From Euglena gracilis (Eukaryota): a DNA stretch of 64,000 nt. A program made the translations under genes and the position numbers. The stretch is taken from assembly GCA_039621445.1 (NCBI GenBank), contig CP154954.1:44061847-44125846 (forward strand). Reading direction: 5' to 3'. Under the pieces are notes generated by a model. That model did no database searches. It was not told the origin of the DNA and saw only the letters and a program-made list of their open reading frames with translations. This document shows positions 37,463 through 52,539 of the stretch, piece by piece (the stretch's first letter is position 1; the number at the start of each line of letters is the position of its first letter).

Positions 37463-40400
37463 TGTATGTATGTATGTATGTATGTATGTATGTATGTATG
37501 TATGTATGTATGTATGTATGTATGTATGTATGTATGTATGTATGTATGTATGTATGTATGTATGTATGTATGTATGTATGTATGTATGTATGTATGTATG
37601 TATGTATGTATGTATGTATGTATGTATGTATGTATGCATGTAAGTATGTATGCATGCATGCATGTATGTATGTATGTATGTTATGTATGTATGTATGTAT
37701 GTATGTATGTATGTATGTATGTATGTATGTATGTATGTATGTATGTATGTATGTATGTATGTATGTATGTATGTATGTATGTATGTATGTATGTATGTAT
37801 GTATGTATGTATGTATGTATGTATGTATGTATGTATGTATGTATGTATGTATGTATGTATGTATGTATGTATGTATGTATGTATGTATGTATGTATGTAT
37901 GTATGTATGTATGTATGTATGTATGTATGTATGTATGTATGTATGTATGTATGTATGTATGTATGTATGTATGTATGTATGTATGTATGTATGTATGTAT
38001 GTATGTATGTATGTATGTATGTATGTATGTATGTATGTATGTATGTATGTATGTATGTATGTATGTATGTATGTATGTAGGTATGCATGTATGTATGTAT
38101 GTATGTATGTCATCGTTGCCCCAAGGCGGCAATGCAAACTGCCCCCCAACCCCCCCCCAAAGCAGAGGCCCCTCCTTCAACAGCTGCAGCACCTGCTTCT
38201 CAACGGGGACGACTACCCGCTTCGCCAGACGGAGGGTGCAGTTGGCGCAGATCTCCGCCACGGAGCGACCCAGGGGCCGCGACTCTTTGGCGGTCAGTTC
38301 CACACTGACTTCAGACAAAGGAAACCAGCATGGAAGGATTTCTCCCGCTGTGCCAGAAACCACACCACAGACAGAAGCGCAATGTAGACACATTGCAAAT
38401 GCACATTCGTCCAGTGCAGAATGGCCCTGGAGAGAAGGTGAGGTGCCTCCATTCCCCAACATGCGTGTGTGTACATAAAAAGTGGTGGAAATATATGCCC
38501 CCCTCCCTCTGTTTCCTGTGGTCGCAAACCCACTGCTTGGCAACGCACAGATGCGTCGCGTAAAGCCTCCCCATCAGCTGGCGAGAGTTTGGGGCTGGGG
38601 GTTGGATACCAAACACAAAGGTACACAAATAATTGCAAGCAATGTCCTTTTTGGGAGAAAACTGTGGTCGGAGGGAGTTGCTCAGGTTTGAAAACTGAAA
38701 CCAATCTTATGTAGCCCCCATTCCGATTGGTAACGACCATGGGGAAATATGGAAAGGAGTCAGGGGGTGGTGCCTAGACAGGGGGGGGAGCATGACTGAA
38801 AACAATCTGGTGCTTCGGGCCAGCCGCCGCCGTTCTCAAAAACGACCGGCCGCGGCGACCGTTTACGGGGCTCCAACCCGCCGGCGCGCTTCTCCCAAGT
38901 GTTGCGAGAGGTGGCAGGGTCACAGGCACCATTCTACCCACGGCGGGCGTCGTCAAAAAGCAGCCGTTACCGCCCCGGAGACGCAAAAAAAACCACTTTG
39001 GTAACGAGCACCCGGGAAACGACGTTTTTGGCTGCGCCGGCCGCCTCCCTTCCCAAAAAAAAAGCATCTTTCCCTTCATTTTTGCAGGTCCGATGTTCAA
39101 ATTGAAGACAGTAAGATACAAGAATCGCCAATATCTGATATCTTATCTGAAATATCTGAATTGTCGAAAATTTTCGGATGAAAATACACCTCAAGAAATG
39201 TTTCCTGGGAAGGTATAAAAAGGTGGGTCAGAACCAGGGGGTGGTGCTCAGACAAGGTTGGTGCTTAGACAAGGGTGGTGGGAACTAAAAAAGGGTTGTC
39301 ACTAATAGTTGGAGCCCTTCTACTGTTAATTATTATTGGTGGGGGGGGATGGAGTCTTGCATGATCCACCCTTTCCCTTTACACAGTCTGTTGCCGGGGC
39401 TTAAATGCGCAGAGCAGCAGCAGCAGCAGCAGCAGCAGACCAGGCTGGGGTCGTCCCGGCCCCACTTGCACGTCTGGCAGTGCTGCCCCTCGTCCTCCAG
39501 CAGCACGTCGTCGCACGCGTCGCACGTCCGCCACGGGTTGTCGTCGCTGTCGCTGTCGCTGTCCTGGGTGCTAGCCTCCTCTCCCTCGTTTTCATCCTCC
39601 TCGTCAGCATCCGCCTCGTCCTTCTTCGCCCCCTCTCCTGCGTCCTTGCCCTCCTCCTCCTTCTCCTGCGGTGCACACCTCGCCTCTGGCTGCGGCGTCT
39701 CGCTCGGCTTCCGCTCCACGTGGCGTTTCGTGGTTGGGTGGCGGCACTTGGGGCACTTCACCACCTTCTCCCGCCGCATCCCCTCCCCGAGGAAGTCCAG
39801 CATGCACTCCCTGGCACCTGTCGCTTTGGCCACACCGCCCCCCTCCCCCCCCCAGGGGGAGGTGGTACCCGCTGGGGGAACAGACTAACGCCGAGATGAA
39901 AGGGGATGGAGACCTGCACATCTGTGGCAAACTGCGGATACCAACAGCCACCGTGGCGTCGGCGTCAAGCGTCCATCATTGACATTTGCCTGCAAACTCT
40001 GGGAAAGGGGGGAAAAATGCATCATCGACAGCGGTCAGCAATGCTCCTGCATGATATCGCGTGACACACATGTGACGGGCATGTGATGAATGTGCGATGT
40101 ATGCGGCGCAAAATCCCAGTGGCACACACAGCGGGGGACAACCCACCAGGCCAAAGTCCTCCCTTCTCCCTGCTCCAAAGCGACGTGTGGGTCGGGCAAC
40201 AGTCCCAATTGCAATTCTGGCAGTTGCCAGCAGGGCATCCTCAGAGAGGGACTGACGTGGCAGGATGAGGCACATGCAGTATCGGTATGTCACCAGCAGT
40301 TCAAAAACCAGGGGAAGTGAGGGAACTTTGCACAGTTGCGCAAACGAATCAAAATGCCACACCTAAGACACACCCACCCACCCACCTGCACACACACGCG

Positions 40401-43348
40401 TGCGCACTCACACTCACTCCACTCACACTCACTCATCCAGCACCCACCCCACCAATACCCACCCACTCACTCATTCACTTAACTCCGCACACAGGTGTGC
40501 ACGCACGTGGAGACCAGTTGGTTCACAGGTTGAGTGGCAATGGTTGAACTCTTTGCATACAAATCATAATTTGATGCTATGTCGTTAAATAACCTCATCA
40601 GTCACCATGGGATGGCACAGCAGCTGGCCAAGGCGCCCGGTGGCCGCGGATGCGGCTGGCCGGAGCACAACCTCACGTTTCCACCTCCCACGGAAACCCC
40701 CACATACTCGCTCGCTCGCTCACAGTCATAAACTCATTCAGGCATGCACACTTACACACACTCTCACACACATTCACTCGCGCACTCACTCACAACACAA
40801 CACAACACAACACAACACAACACAACACAACACAACACAACACAACACAACACAACACAACACAACACAACACAACACAACGCAACGCAACGCAACGCAA
40901 CGCAACACAACACAACACAACACAACACAACACACACACAACACACGCACACACCCACGCACACACACACACACACACAGACCCACGCATCCACACCTCG
41001 CCCAACTGCAGGCAGCCAGCGAGGCAGGAGGAACCCCTGGCCGAGGCCCTTGCCAAGGTTTGTGTGGGTGGCGCAGCGGTCGCACACTGCCACTGCCCCG
41101 TACCCCTTCTGGAGCATCACCTCGCGGTCCGCCCGCGCCACCTGCTGGTTGCACTTATCGCACTGGAAGAGGGGCAGCTGCTGGTCCTGCAGGATCTCAG
41201 GGGCAGGCCTCCCCCCCCCTCCTCACCAACTGGACCCCCCTGCCCCCAAGGGTCTCTTGCAACGCCGGTGGGAAAGTCCTGCAAAGCGTCACCCATCCAC
41301 TCCCATCCCCAGCCTGTCCTAAAAACCCATGAAGGTCAACCCTACAGCGGCAGGGCTTTTCTTGGCACCGACGCCAGGGTCCAGCTCAGAGGCTGGACAA
41401 TTTGACTGACTGGAATCCCCCCCATCTCCACATATGGTTCACCCCCAAGAACTGGCAGAATCCCTGCATTGTGGATCGAACGTTTTTTGACTGTAGACTT
41501 CCGCAAGTGCACGGAAAGCCGTGTCCCCATTGGTGAGGGGCAGCCCTGGTCGACCAGGTACTCAAACACGTACGGCAGCGTGGACTCCTGGATGACGGAG
41601 TTGGACTGGGCCCCCGCATCCAGCAGCTCCCGCACGATGTCCTTGGAGCCCAAGAGAGACGGGGCAGGGGGGCCCTCGACGCAGGCCTTAGCGCATCCCT
41701 GGCCAAACTGTCCCCAAACTACACCGCCGTCCCTGAGGTTACTAACCATCCGCGAAGGAATTTCAGTGAAACATGGCCTAGAGAATCCCAACTGTGCGTC
41801 GGTGCGTAAAGCAAGTTTGCATTATCCGTTTGGAGTCCAGCCTGTCAAAAAAAAATTTTCAACCAGGTGGTCTGGGGAACATTTTCATACAGACCCATTT
41901 GATGGCGGTCAGCTAAACACTGGCAGCAGCAGCAGCAGTCTCATGCACATGCCCCACAGCGCCTCCCCGGGTGCCTCCATGAGGAGGGTGAGGAAGTGCT
42001 GGTTGCGCATTGACAGAAACAGTGCCTTCTCATTGATCTTCGTGGAGTCCTTGTCCTCTTCAACCACCATCTCCTTCAATTGGTCCTGCAGCACCGACAG
42101 CTGGCGGGAGCGCACAATTTGGAACAGTTGCAACGGAGGGCGGTGCGCATGTTCTACGGCATTGGTGGCCTGAAATGACGCCACGATGAGGGTCATATTT
42201 TCAACAAGCCTCCATTTCTATAAAAAAAAACAACCAAAAATCAAAAAAAATCTAAAAAATCGATCCAATAAAAAAAACCTAAACCCAAAAATGTCAAAGA
42301 AATGAATGCTGGCTGGTGTTGTCTCCCAAAAGCTCGGGAGAAAGTGTGTGGAGGTGGCCCAGTAAACAGTGTTCCATGTAAACAAAATGATCAACTCAGA
42401 TGATCAACTTGGACCAGATCCAACAGATGGCTGACCACAGATAGGCTGGGCGGCCTTAACCCCTGCCGATGTGATGCCACAACGTGGAATGGGCCCAAGG
42501 TCACACAAGGTCACACGCCGGGTGAAGGGCGGCACCACCATCCCGGAGGGCCCGCTGCGCCCCGCCCTCTCCCCTCCATCTGCGGGGAGTAGGAGAGGTA
42601 GTGGATCATGGTGGCGATGAACGGGTACAGGTTCTCCTTGCTCTCCCCGTGCTTGAGGTCCGCCCCCACCGCCTTGCCGTAGCCGGAGGCGACGATGGTG
42701 GCGAACGTGCCGTAGATCTCCTCGTCCGACATGCGGCCGATGAGGCCCTTCGCCTCGTTGCGGGCAGGAGCTGGCCAGCGGATGGACACCCCATGGAGCC
42801 ATCGGTCAAATGCTGGGGTTGTGGGTCGGACGTGAGGGGCAGGCAGACACCAGGCCAGGGTTACGGGAGGAGGATGTTTTGTTGGAGGAGTCTCTCAAGC
42901 CTCCTCGGACGTGCTCGAACGACATTTGAGGAGGTTCGAGAACCTGCTTGAAAGGCGTTTGAGCTCGTTCAAGGAGGCTCGAGAGCCTCCTCAAATGTCG
43001 TTTGAGGTCGTTCAAAGAGGCTCTCGTCTAATGTTATTCGAGGTGGACCTTTCACCCAGTCTCCAGAACACCACCTGGTACTGGCAATTTCCAAACAGGA
43101 AAAGCGGCGGGCAAGAACCTGGACCCTCAAATACCTGGACCCTTAAAACGAACTTTGTGCTCCTTTGCGCACACGTGGAAAGGAACACGAGAAATTTTTC
43201 GTGTTTGATCGGCTGCCTAAAGGGGGTGGGGGGGGGGACCCAAAGAAGGCAAGACATTCAAAAAAAAAATATGGGGAAAGACCTGGGAGGAGGTTCAAAG
43301 ACAAGGAGTGTTTGGTTGAGAATGGGTGGGGGCGCGGGGGGGGGGGGG

Positions 43349-43385
<37 letters not shown>

Positions 43386-46300
43386 GGGTTTCGACCCGTA
43401 TGGCTGGAAGAGTGGCAACGTTGTGTGGTTCTCTGGAAACCTTCCCGGTGACAGCACTGTGGGGCAAAGCGAATGGCAGTTCCCAGCCCCAACCCCCCGC
43501 TGTGTGCACTGTGGCGGTTTTTTTGTGCCTTTTATCCCTTCTTCTGGCCTGGCGCTGTTGTTCGCCTCTAGCCCAACCCCCCCCCTGCAGCCCATCCTGG
43601 GCGTAGGTAGTCTTCATGCCGGTCACCTCCGAGTTGCCGGTCAGCGGGTGGGAGCTGGGGATCCTCTCCATCAGGAACAGCCCCACCTTCTGCAGCCATG
43701 TGTTTGCCGGACTCCACCTTGAGGCTCGCTAGCGGCATCCGGAGGTCGTGCATCAGGATGACCTCTGCGTCGCCCCGCAGGGCCCCAGTCCTGCACCCAC
43801 ACTGCCGGACCGGACACCATTGCTGCCAGGGGGGGGGGGTGGCGGTCCGACATGGGAAACAGCCACCGGGGTACAGACCAGAATGAGGGCGGCCCTGGGC
43901 CAGGGCCATGGAGGGAGAGGGGGCGGGCAGGGAGCGGTGGTGGATGATGTGGAACGACAGCCGCTTCAGCACCGTCAGGAGCGGGCTGGTGGTGAAGGGG
44001 TAGCGGGAGGTGCTGGACGGCCGCCCGCCCCTGCAGTCCCTCCCCCACCCACGCTGCTGTGGGACGAGCACTGGGCCTTCACACAAACCTTCCAACGTTC
44101 AGAGGAAAACTAGAATTTGGAGGAGAGGGGTGAAACGCTGTCAAAAAAGGCTGTCAACAATGGGAAATACCACCAAAGCCGGACTTCGCTGAGTCGGTGG
44201 AGGACCAGGTTCAGGTACAAAGCCAGATGGGGAGGGTCCAAACCATGCCATTGCTCACCGATCCCCAGGGGGGGGGGTCACTTTCTGCTTTCAAAAAACC
44301 TGTCAGTCACTTTTCGGGGGGGGGGTCGGTCACTTTGGTCATTTGGGCCAAAAAAAAATACCAAAACCAAATTTTTTGGCCAAAAAAAACAAAAAAGTCC
44401 CAGCGCCTTCGGTGGCAGGTGCCCCTCGGGAGGGTCTGGCCCAATACTCATCAGTCACCCTGAAAAAACCAGCCAGTAACCTCCCCCAGGGATGGCGTCG
44501 AAAAAGGGAGAAGAGGGGATTAATGGTGTGTTCAGAATCAGAATGCCAAACCTGCGGGGGACTGTGACCCGAAACCAGTCACAATCCACCCCCCCCGCCT
44601 CTTGGGCAGCAGTGAAAGCTACTTGCAAATGGAGTATGTTTCACCCTCCTCCCCCGTCCTGCCCCCAAACCCCCCCACCACCACTACCACCGCTGGCAGG
44701 GGTGGGGGCAGGTGCTCCACAAGGTCCTCCCCCATGCTGGCCGGAGGCTCAGAGTCCTCCTGCCCATCCCCATCGTCGTCCAGCCGCGGCAGGAACAGAG
44801 GGCTTTTTTGTACCTGGGTCGACACCCACCCATCCATCCACTCACCCCTGCGAGAGGCCTTGGGGAAGGGAGGCTCAGGGGACCCACCTTTGAGGGGTCA
44901 ATTTTGGGGTCAAATTTAAACGCCTCGTGCCAAGAATGGAAAGCCCCTCCAGGAGTATTCACTCGGTCTGATCCCCACCGCTGGGGGGGGGTGCTATGGG
45001 AGGTTGGATCATGTTTGGCTGGCCACAGCCAGATGGCTGTGGCCAACCAAGCTGCTTCATCTCAACTGACTGGTTGGATTGCGGCCGGCTGCGGACAACC
45101 TCTTTTTACACCCAACAGGTTGACACATCTCTGCGGCTGGATCGCCTTTGGGTCGCGGCTGGCCGCAGCCCAACCAATTATTGAACAAATCAGGAATTGA
45201 TCAGGTTACTATTTGAAGGGGTAGGGTTCGGGTTAAAAGATTCTCATTCAAACAATTTGACCCTCCTGCCCTGCTCAACGTTGCTTTTGAGGGGGACCCT
45301 CACTCAGCACCTTCTTTGCATTGCTCAGACCAGGCTGTTGTTTACCAACCCCGGGGGGAGGGGGTCCGGAGAGCCTATGAGTGCCTGCCCAGGCAGGCAC
45401 TACCCCCCCCCGGGGGTCGGATTTGGGCCTGTGCCCAGGCACATTCCTTTGAAAATAGGCCATTTTGGGATCCCCGGCGCCTTCAGCGCTGGGTCTGTGC
45501 TAGGGCACTTTTGGCCGTGTGCCCTACCCCCCCCCCGGGGGCCGGGGGGGTCAGATTTGGAGTGCCTTGGAGTGCCTGCCCAGGCAGGCACCACCCCTTA
45601 GATGCACTTCGGCTTCTGTCTGGTTTAAGGCCTGGCGCTGCACTCCGCTTCTCGCCCTTTCTTCGGAGCAACTCGCAATAATTATCCAACCCCATATTCA
45701 CTGGGACTTCAACCCCCCCCCCGGGGTGGGGTCGGCACCCGACTAAAATACAGCCTGGCTCAGACCCCCTTTGGGGTAGCTGGTACCCTGAAGTGCCAAT
45801 GTATCACGCCAGTTTGCACACACATTGCGATCACAAGACCCGTACTCTGAGGGAATTCTCTGGTTGTATTCATTTCTGGCTGTGGCTGGCTGCTGCCGGC
45901 CGCAGTTCCAACCAATGTATTTCCAGCAACATCTGTGGTAGGATCTGCAGCCGGTTGTGCCAGCCAAAGTTCAAAAGAGAAAAAAACTTAATTCGGCCGG
46001 CAGCGGCTCGCCACGGTAACCAAACCTCCCATTGCACACCTCCCCCACCCCTCCCCGGGGTGGGGGGGGGGGGGTCGCACTGGGACCAACCCACTCCACC
46101 CGCTATGGGTGACCAACCTTGAAAAAGCCTCTGGGCAGGAAGTTCAACTGGTTCTGCAGCCAGTCCAGCGCCAGCACAAACCGCTTCTGGCAGCAGGGCC
46201 CTTCCCTTGGTGTGTGAACCAGAGGATTTTGGGATCTGGGGCGACAATCCATCCACCTTGGGGGAGGGGTTTTTTTTGGGTCCAAAATGGCGCAAAGTCA

Positions 46301-49300
46301 CAGGTGGCAGAGATCCCTTTGGAGGATGCCTGCTCGGCTGAGCCTTCATAAAAAAAAATCTCACTAACGACGGGTCGCATTGCCCGAAAATTTCTGGTGA
46401 TTTGTGCCACAAATTTCAGTGAAGGAAACCTCCCCGCCCCCCTAAGAAACCTGGCGGGGCCCTGCCCTTGGAAGTGCCCAAATAACCTGGCGGGGGGGGG
46501 GGGGGGGGCAAGGCAAAAAAAGATGGTTCCGGGAACTTGGCACCCTGTCGAGCAGTTGGGGGGGGGGGGGGCTGTCACAAGCCCAGCCCGAGATGAAGAG
46601 GGGAAAATGGCGCTGCACGTGACAATCCGTAGAACGTCTTCTGGAAAGACGTGGTGCCGACCTTGGGGAGGTGCATTGTGACGTACGTGTCCTCCAGGTC
46701 GCCCCCAGGCCCCCGGGCCCTGCGACCAGGCGGCTCTCCCACGCTGCAACCAGGCACGCAGCACATGTCACACGGACTTCAGCGCATGAAGAATAGATGC
46801 ACCGTTGCACCGTTCCCAGCCGCCAACGCCCAACCCATATCCCACCGTTTGGAGTCGGCCGCGGCGGCCTGCCCGTCGCGCTCGGCGAGGTACATGAGGA
46901 ACTCCCGCATCACGCGGGTCAGGCGGGGCTCCACCATCTTGCCCCCGGCGGTGGGCGACTCCAGCATGGGCGGGAGCTGGGGGCGCCGCTGGTGGGGCAG
47001 GACGAAACCGCTGCGGCTCCGCAGCACGGGCCCCTCTGCCGCCTCGGGGGCAGGGCGGTACTGGCAGGGGTCGGACCCCCCATGGGGTTTCGGGGGTTCC
47101 TGTTCAGCCTGGCCCAGGGTGGGGGCCTGCAGTGGCGTCAGTGACCCAATTGGGCCATCAACAACGAAACCCGGCATAGACGTTAACCCGCAAGGTCATG
47201 GGTTGGGCTGGTCCCCCGGTCCATATGAGGAGGCCAGCTGTGTTTTTCCCGCTCGGGGGAGGTGGGGGGGGGGGGTTGGTGGGGAAACACATCGGTCGAT
47301 TCTCTTCTGGCACACAACTTCCTGCTTCCTGGTGGGCCGGAAGCGACTGGTTGCTGACCAGTACCACAGGTGGGGTGCCCAACCCAGACTTCAGAGATTG
47401 GGAGGGTCCAAAAAATGCAGTTTCCTCAATCCTGAGTGAAACCACGACAGTGAACATAAGATGTGAAAACATACCACCCACCCACCCAATATTCACAACG
47501 ATTTGACGCTGCATGAGGCGCACAACTGACACCTGCCAAAATACTCTGTTGGGATTTTTGGCAGTAATAATAATAAATGTTGGGATTTTTGCACAAAAAA
47601 GACGACCCGTGAATGATGAAAGTCATGCCATCGTGTCCCCTGAGGGCAAAAAGAAAGGGGAAAGGGGACCGTGGCCTCCAGCCAGTCGTTGGCAAAGAAG
47701 AAGAAGTCGGCAGGCTTTTGGTTGATTGCACCTAGGCCACTGCTGCAAAGTGGCGTCGGCCAGTCTGTCACTGGAAACCTTTGACCGCCACCCTCAACCC
47801 CAACCTGCTGACAGGTTTGAAGAACCACCCCCCAAATTCCGAAGTTGATACTAAATGCAACTGCCCACTTTCATGAGAAACCCAAAAAAGGCCTAAAAAA
47901 ATTCACATATTCACAGATATATATATATATATATATTCAAAAATTCACAGATTCACATCCCTAGAGACCCATCTGGGCTCTCCAGGTGGGCCCGTGTCCC
48001 GGTAAAAAAAAAAAGTAAAGTGTGGAGGGTTAATGTTTAAGAGCGCAAGGTGAAACAGTCCTTTTGCAACTAGGAGGGACCCATTTTCACAGCTGTGTTG
48101 GTTTTCGCAAAAAAAAACTGTGACGACCTCCCAAAAAAACGATTTCAAAAAAAGTATCTTGAATTTCCCCGAGTTGGGATAAGTGCGAAATCCTCATCGT
48201 CCAGAAGGTGGTGGCTTGGGAGATTTGGGGGGGGGGGGGTAGCAACATGCTCCTCAATCAGGCATTTTGATATCTTTCACTGTTCACTTTTTTCAACATT
48301 ACTTCGTTCAAAAACGTGGTTGTTGCACGTTCTCCCAAACCCCCAAGAATTGACCTGGTTGTGTCGATGAGGAAGTCCTTCAGCAGAGAACGCAGGGTGC
48401 GGTTTTCTGGGTGCTCCAGAGCCCGCCGCACATCGTCTGAGATTGGGGCCACGGGAGCCAAGGCAGGAAAGATCCAGGCAATTAGAAGCATTAAATTTAA
48501 AAGTCAAAAAAGTGATCAAATTGATTTCCGTTTGTTGAAGTACTTTCGCAACCTTCTGCTGCTTCTGTGACTAACCTTCCCTTTGGGGAACTGCTGCCAG
48601 GGAAAGAGGCATGGCCACAGTGAGGCATGGCCCCTGTGCTCTCCACGTGGACGGTGCGCAGCACTTCCTCATTGTACGACGCCGGTTTCAACGGCCTGCA
48701 GGCCCCTGTATGGAAAGCCACAGCCCTCCTGGGCCCAGCCAAGACACCTGATTGCACACCGGCCAGAAAAGGCCAGAGAACCTTTTTCTGGTCCTGGAGC
48801 CCAAACACCCCACACCGCACTTCGTCAGTCTCCCCTCCTCCCCAGCCATCCGGCGTCGCTGGACCAAAGCCGGCCCCGGTGCCCCCCCCCCACACGGTGG
48901 GCCGCGCCGGCCGCTGGGCACCACGGCGCGGGCCAGCCAGCCGGGGGTCTGGAAGCAGCGGAACACGATATGGGACGGCACGGCGAACACCGCCAGCAGG
49001 GCGGCATCCTCGACGGGCAGCGTAAGGAACGCCCGCACGCAGTCCACCAGCGTCTCCACCGTGAGCGGCTTGCGGCGGGACCCGAGGGCGGCGGCCCGCC
49101 CCGGCGAGTCCCCCGCAGCGCCAACTGACAGAAAATAACCTGAAGACGTCGCCTGCAGGAAGCACATCCAACGGGGAAAACTCGCGAAAAAAATTTGAAA
49201 ACCGTGCAGTGAAAATCTGCAAAATTCCACGAAATGCACATTCCTCAAAGCTTTTATTGGCGGGGAAGGCAAATTTCACGCAGAAAACACACAAAAACCC

Positions 49301-52300
49301 CACAAATTTTCAGATGATAAAAGGCGCCAACCATGAAAAGAGCATCCCCCCCCCCCCGCCACCATTTTCCACCCCCAAGCTCCTATGGCACCCACGTGCC
49401 ACGCCAAGAAAGAGAATCGTGCCAGCTGGAAAATGGGGCATGGGATGACACTGGTCTGAGTCAGTGGATTTGAAGTGCTGCACCACGTGCTGGATCCTGG
49501 GCAGGCGATGCCTGTTGGTGAGAGCCCCTTTCGGACAGCCCCTTTCCACTGGACACAGGACCCAAATGGCGGGGGGGGCTAGTTCATGATATGAGGTTGC
49601 TGAAAAAAGCTTGCTTGGGGGGGGGGGTGACTGGTGGGAATTATGTGACTTGACTGGTCATTCTTAAAAAGTGACCTCCCTCATACCTTAAAACAACCAG
49701 AAACTGTGCCCAGCATCCAAAACAGCCTAATTATTGCTAGAAGAACAAGAAAAACAGCCTAATTGCTGCTCAGTGCTTTTTGGCATAATTCCATGCATTT
49801 TGGTTGAGAATATATTTGCTGAAGTTTTATATGCAGCGCTGATATAAAGCCAAAAAAAAAAAAAAAAAAATATGACCCCCGTTGCGAATTTTCTTATTGA
49901 CAAGTCGCGGAGTGATAACGATGACCTATGGGCTGATTGAGGTAATTTCGGTTCCGGTGGGGTCCAACCTAGACAAGTTCACCCAGGTCGGACTTGGGGA
50001 GAAATGACTAGGCTTGATAAAAATGGCCATTTTCAAAAACCATGCCGCTTCGGTGCAGGGGCTGTGCTAAAATATTGCCATAAACTTGACCCCTTCTGAG
50101 GCGGTGGGGGTCGGGGCCCCCGCCTGGGCATGTGGCAGAAGAGGTGGGCGAGGCCGTCGTCGAGGCTGACCGGCACCCACGGCGGCAGCCGAAACAGGTC
50201 CCGCAGGATGTGTACTGCCGCGACGTTGGTCCCGCTTGGCTGCCGCCGCGACGACTCGCTGCCGTCCGCCTCCTCCGCCTCCTCCGCCTCCTCCATCTCG
50301 GCCGCCTCCTCCTCCTCCGCCGCCTCGCCCTCACCGTCGCCGCCTGCGCTGCCCTTGTTGTCCTCCACATATATCTTGGCCTCGGGCTGGGGCCCGGCGT
50401 CACCACCACGCCCCCCATCCTGGTTTACCCAACCGACAACATTGTGGGGAGTGGGTGGATGACTCGTATGGTGGCCAGTTGGTGCAACGAACGAAGAATC
50501 AGGAAGCGGTAAATGTATTAGTGCGGCACCACACCCACACACACATACACACACACAAACTGGCGGCTTCAGAATGCAACCCTGTGTGTCAGGGAGAGGG
50601 GCAATCCACATGGATGGACAGTGTGTTCCTCGGGCTGCTCCTCTTCCTCCTCTGCCCCTGGCTGCGGCTCTGCCTCCCCTCCAAAAAGGGCCTCCGCCTC
50701 GTCCTCAGCAATGGACTGCCTCTGCTGCCTCCGTCTCCGCATCCGCCTCCGCCTGGATGGAATGGCAGGGAGGCTTCGCCTGGCTGGAGCCAAACCCCAT
50801 CAAAACCACCCGAACCCAGGAACATTTTGGAGAACTGAAATTTGGTAGAAACCCACCTCAAAAAAACCCTCAAAAAAACCATTGTTGAGCACTTCATGAA
50901 AATCCAATGTAAATACTGATTCGTGATTTTCTGCTGCCCTGTCTTAATGGAAAATAAGAAATATAGAACTTCCCAAAATATAAACCTCCTAGGGGCATGT
51001 GGCTTAAAGGGGCTTTAATATGGAAGCCACATGAAAGCCCCCCCCTCCCGGGAAAGTGTCAACGGGCTAGACACAGGCGGCATGGAAAGGGGAAAACCCT
51101 AAGAAAAAAATTCCACCCCGTGGCAGCTTTGACAATAATTTTTGATTAAAAAAATGGTCCCAGCTGGATGTTTCTGAAGACTGGTGGAAGTTGAACAAAA
51201 TGACCTGAAACACGTCGGAAAGCACATACGATTTTAACCTTTTTGGAACTTGGTTTTTCCGCACAAAAAAAACCAAATATAAACTCCTGAGGACCTTCAA
51301 ATCCCGCCGAAATAAAAAGCCGGGAGTATATTTGGGGGGGGTTAGACTAATAACCACTTCCCAAGTGGACGTACCCTATGTCTATGAAAACAATGTGTTT
51401 TGTCCTTCATCACCGTGTAGGCGCAGAGGGTGAGCAACTTTTGGCCATCTGGCCGACCTCAGGGTGGAGAACACCCCCCCCCAGACTAACCCCAAGTTGG
51501 GGGGGGGGGGGTGCCAAAACCAGCCCTAACCACTCGGGGGGGAAAAAACCATTTAACCTTTCAACCACCCCGGGGCTGAAATAATGGTATGCTCTGGACC
51601 CATCAGTTCACCATTTGGGGACACACCTCCTCCTCCTCGCCCTCATCCTCTGCTGCCGCCTCCTCCTCCTCTGCACCCACGGCTTCTGCCTCATTGCAAG
51701 CCTCTTCCGGGTCTCCCACCTCGTCGATGTCTCCTGTTGGGGATCGAGAGGCCTCAATGAGGGGGCCATCGCCAGAACAGACCGCGCCCACGGCCCATGG
51801 TGGCAGGGAGACACCTCCAGCCACCTCCGCTGGGTCGCCCGGAGCACAGGCCGCCGCGGCAGTTTCGGGTTGTGGCGCGGCCCCAGCGGTGTCCTCTGCG
51901 GGGGGAAGGAAGCCCCAAGCCGCCCAGAGAGGTGGGGGTGGGCAGTGATGCCTCGGGGAACTCGGCGGCACGCCAACCGCCGGTGCGATGATACAGGGGA
52001 ACGGCATAGGAGGGTATAGCAGAACGGGGCCGCCTCCATTTGGGGCATCAACAAGCCTCGGGTGTGTTCCGCCTCCGTCGATGGAGTAAACATACCCGGT
52101 TCATCGCCACTTGCCCATTTAACAAGGGAAAACCTCAAAACAAAAAAAACTCCCCGATGTGATTAGAACTGTGCAGGAAGGCCTGGTGGGGGGGGGTCGC
52201 CCCCACTCACCACAGCACCTGTGCAAGGAAAATTCTTTCCGCACCGAACGAAATTTTTGGCCAAAAAATTTTGTGCCCCTGGAAATACAGGAAGGCTGGT

Positions 52301-52508
52301 GGGTGATGGGGTCGAACCCCCCCACCCGGGGTGGGGGTCGACCCCCCCCACCCACCACCCATTCCCGTACAGTTCTTGGGTGCCCCATCTTGCACCCTTC
52401 ATCCTGTTTCGTCATTTGAGCACGACATTTTTTTCTCGCACAATGATACTTTCTGAGGATAACTGGGCTTCCCTGTCCCCCTGTCCCCCTGGGTCTATAT
52501 ATATGTAC

Positions 52509-52539
<31 letters not shown>

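Noticed and set aside
17479-38543. Very long ORFs (up to 2947 aa) of YIHT/MYVC repeats
   Set aside because: They are translations of stop-free tetranucleotide microsatellites, not genes.
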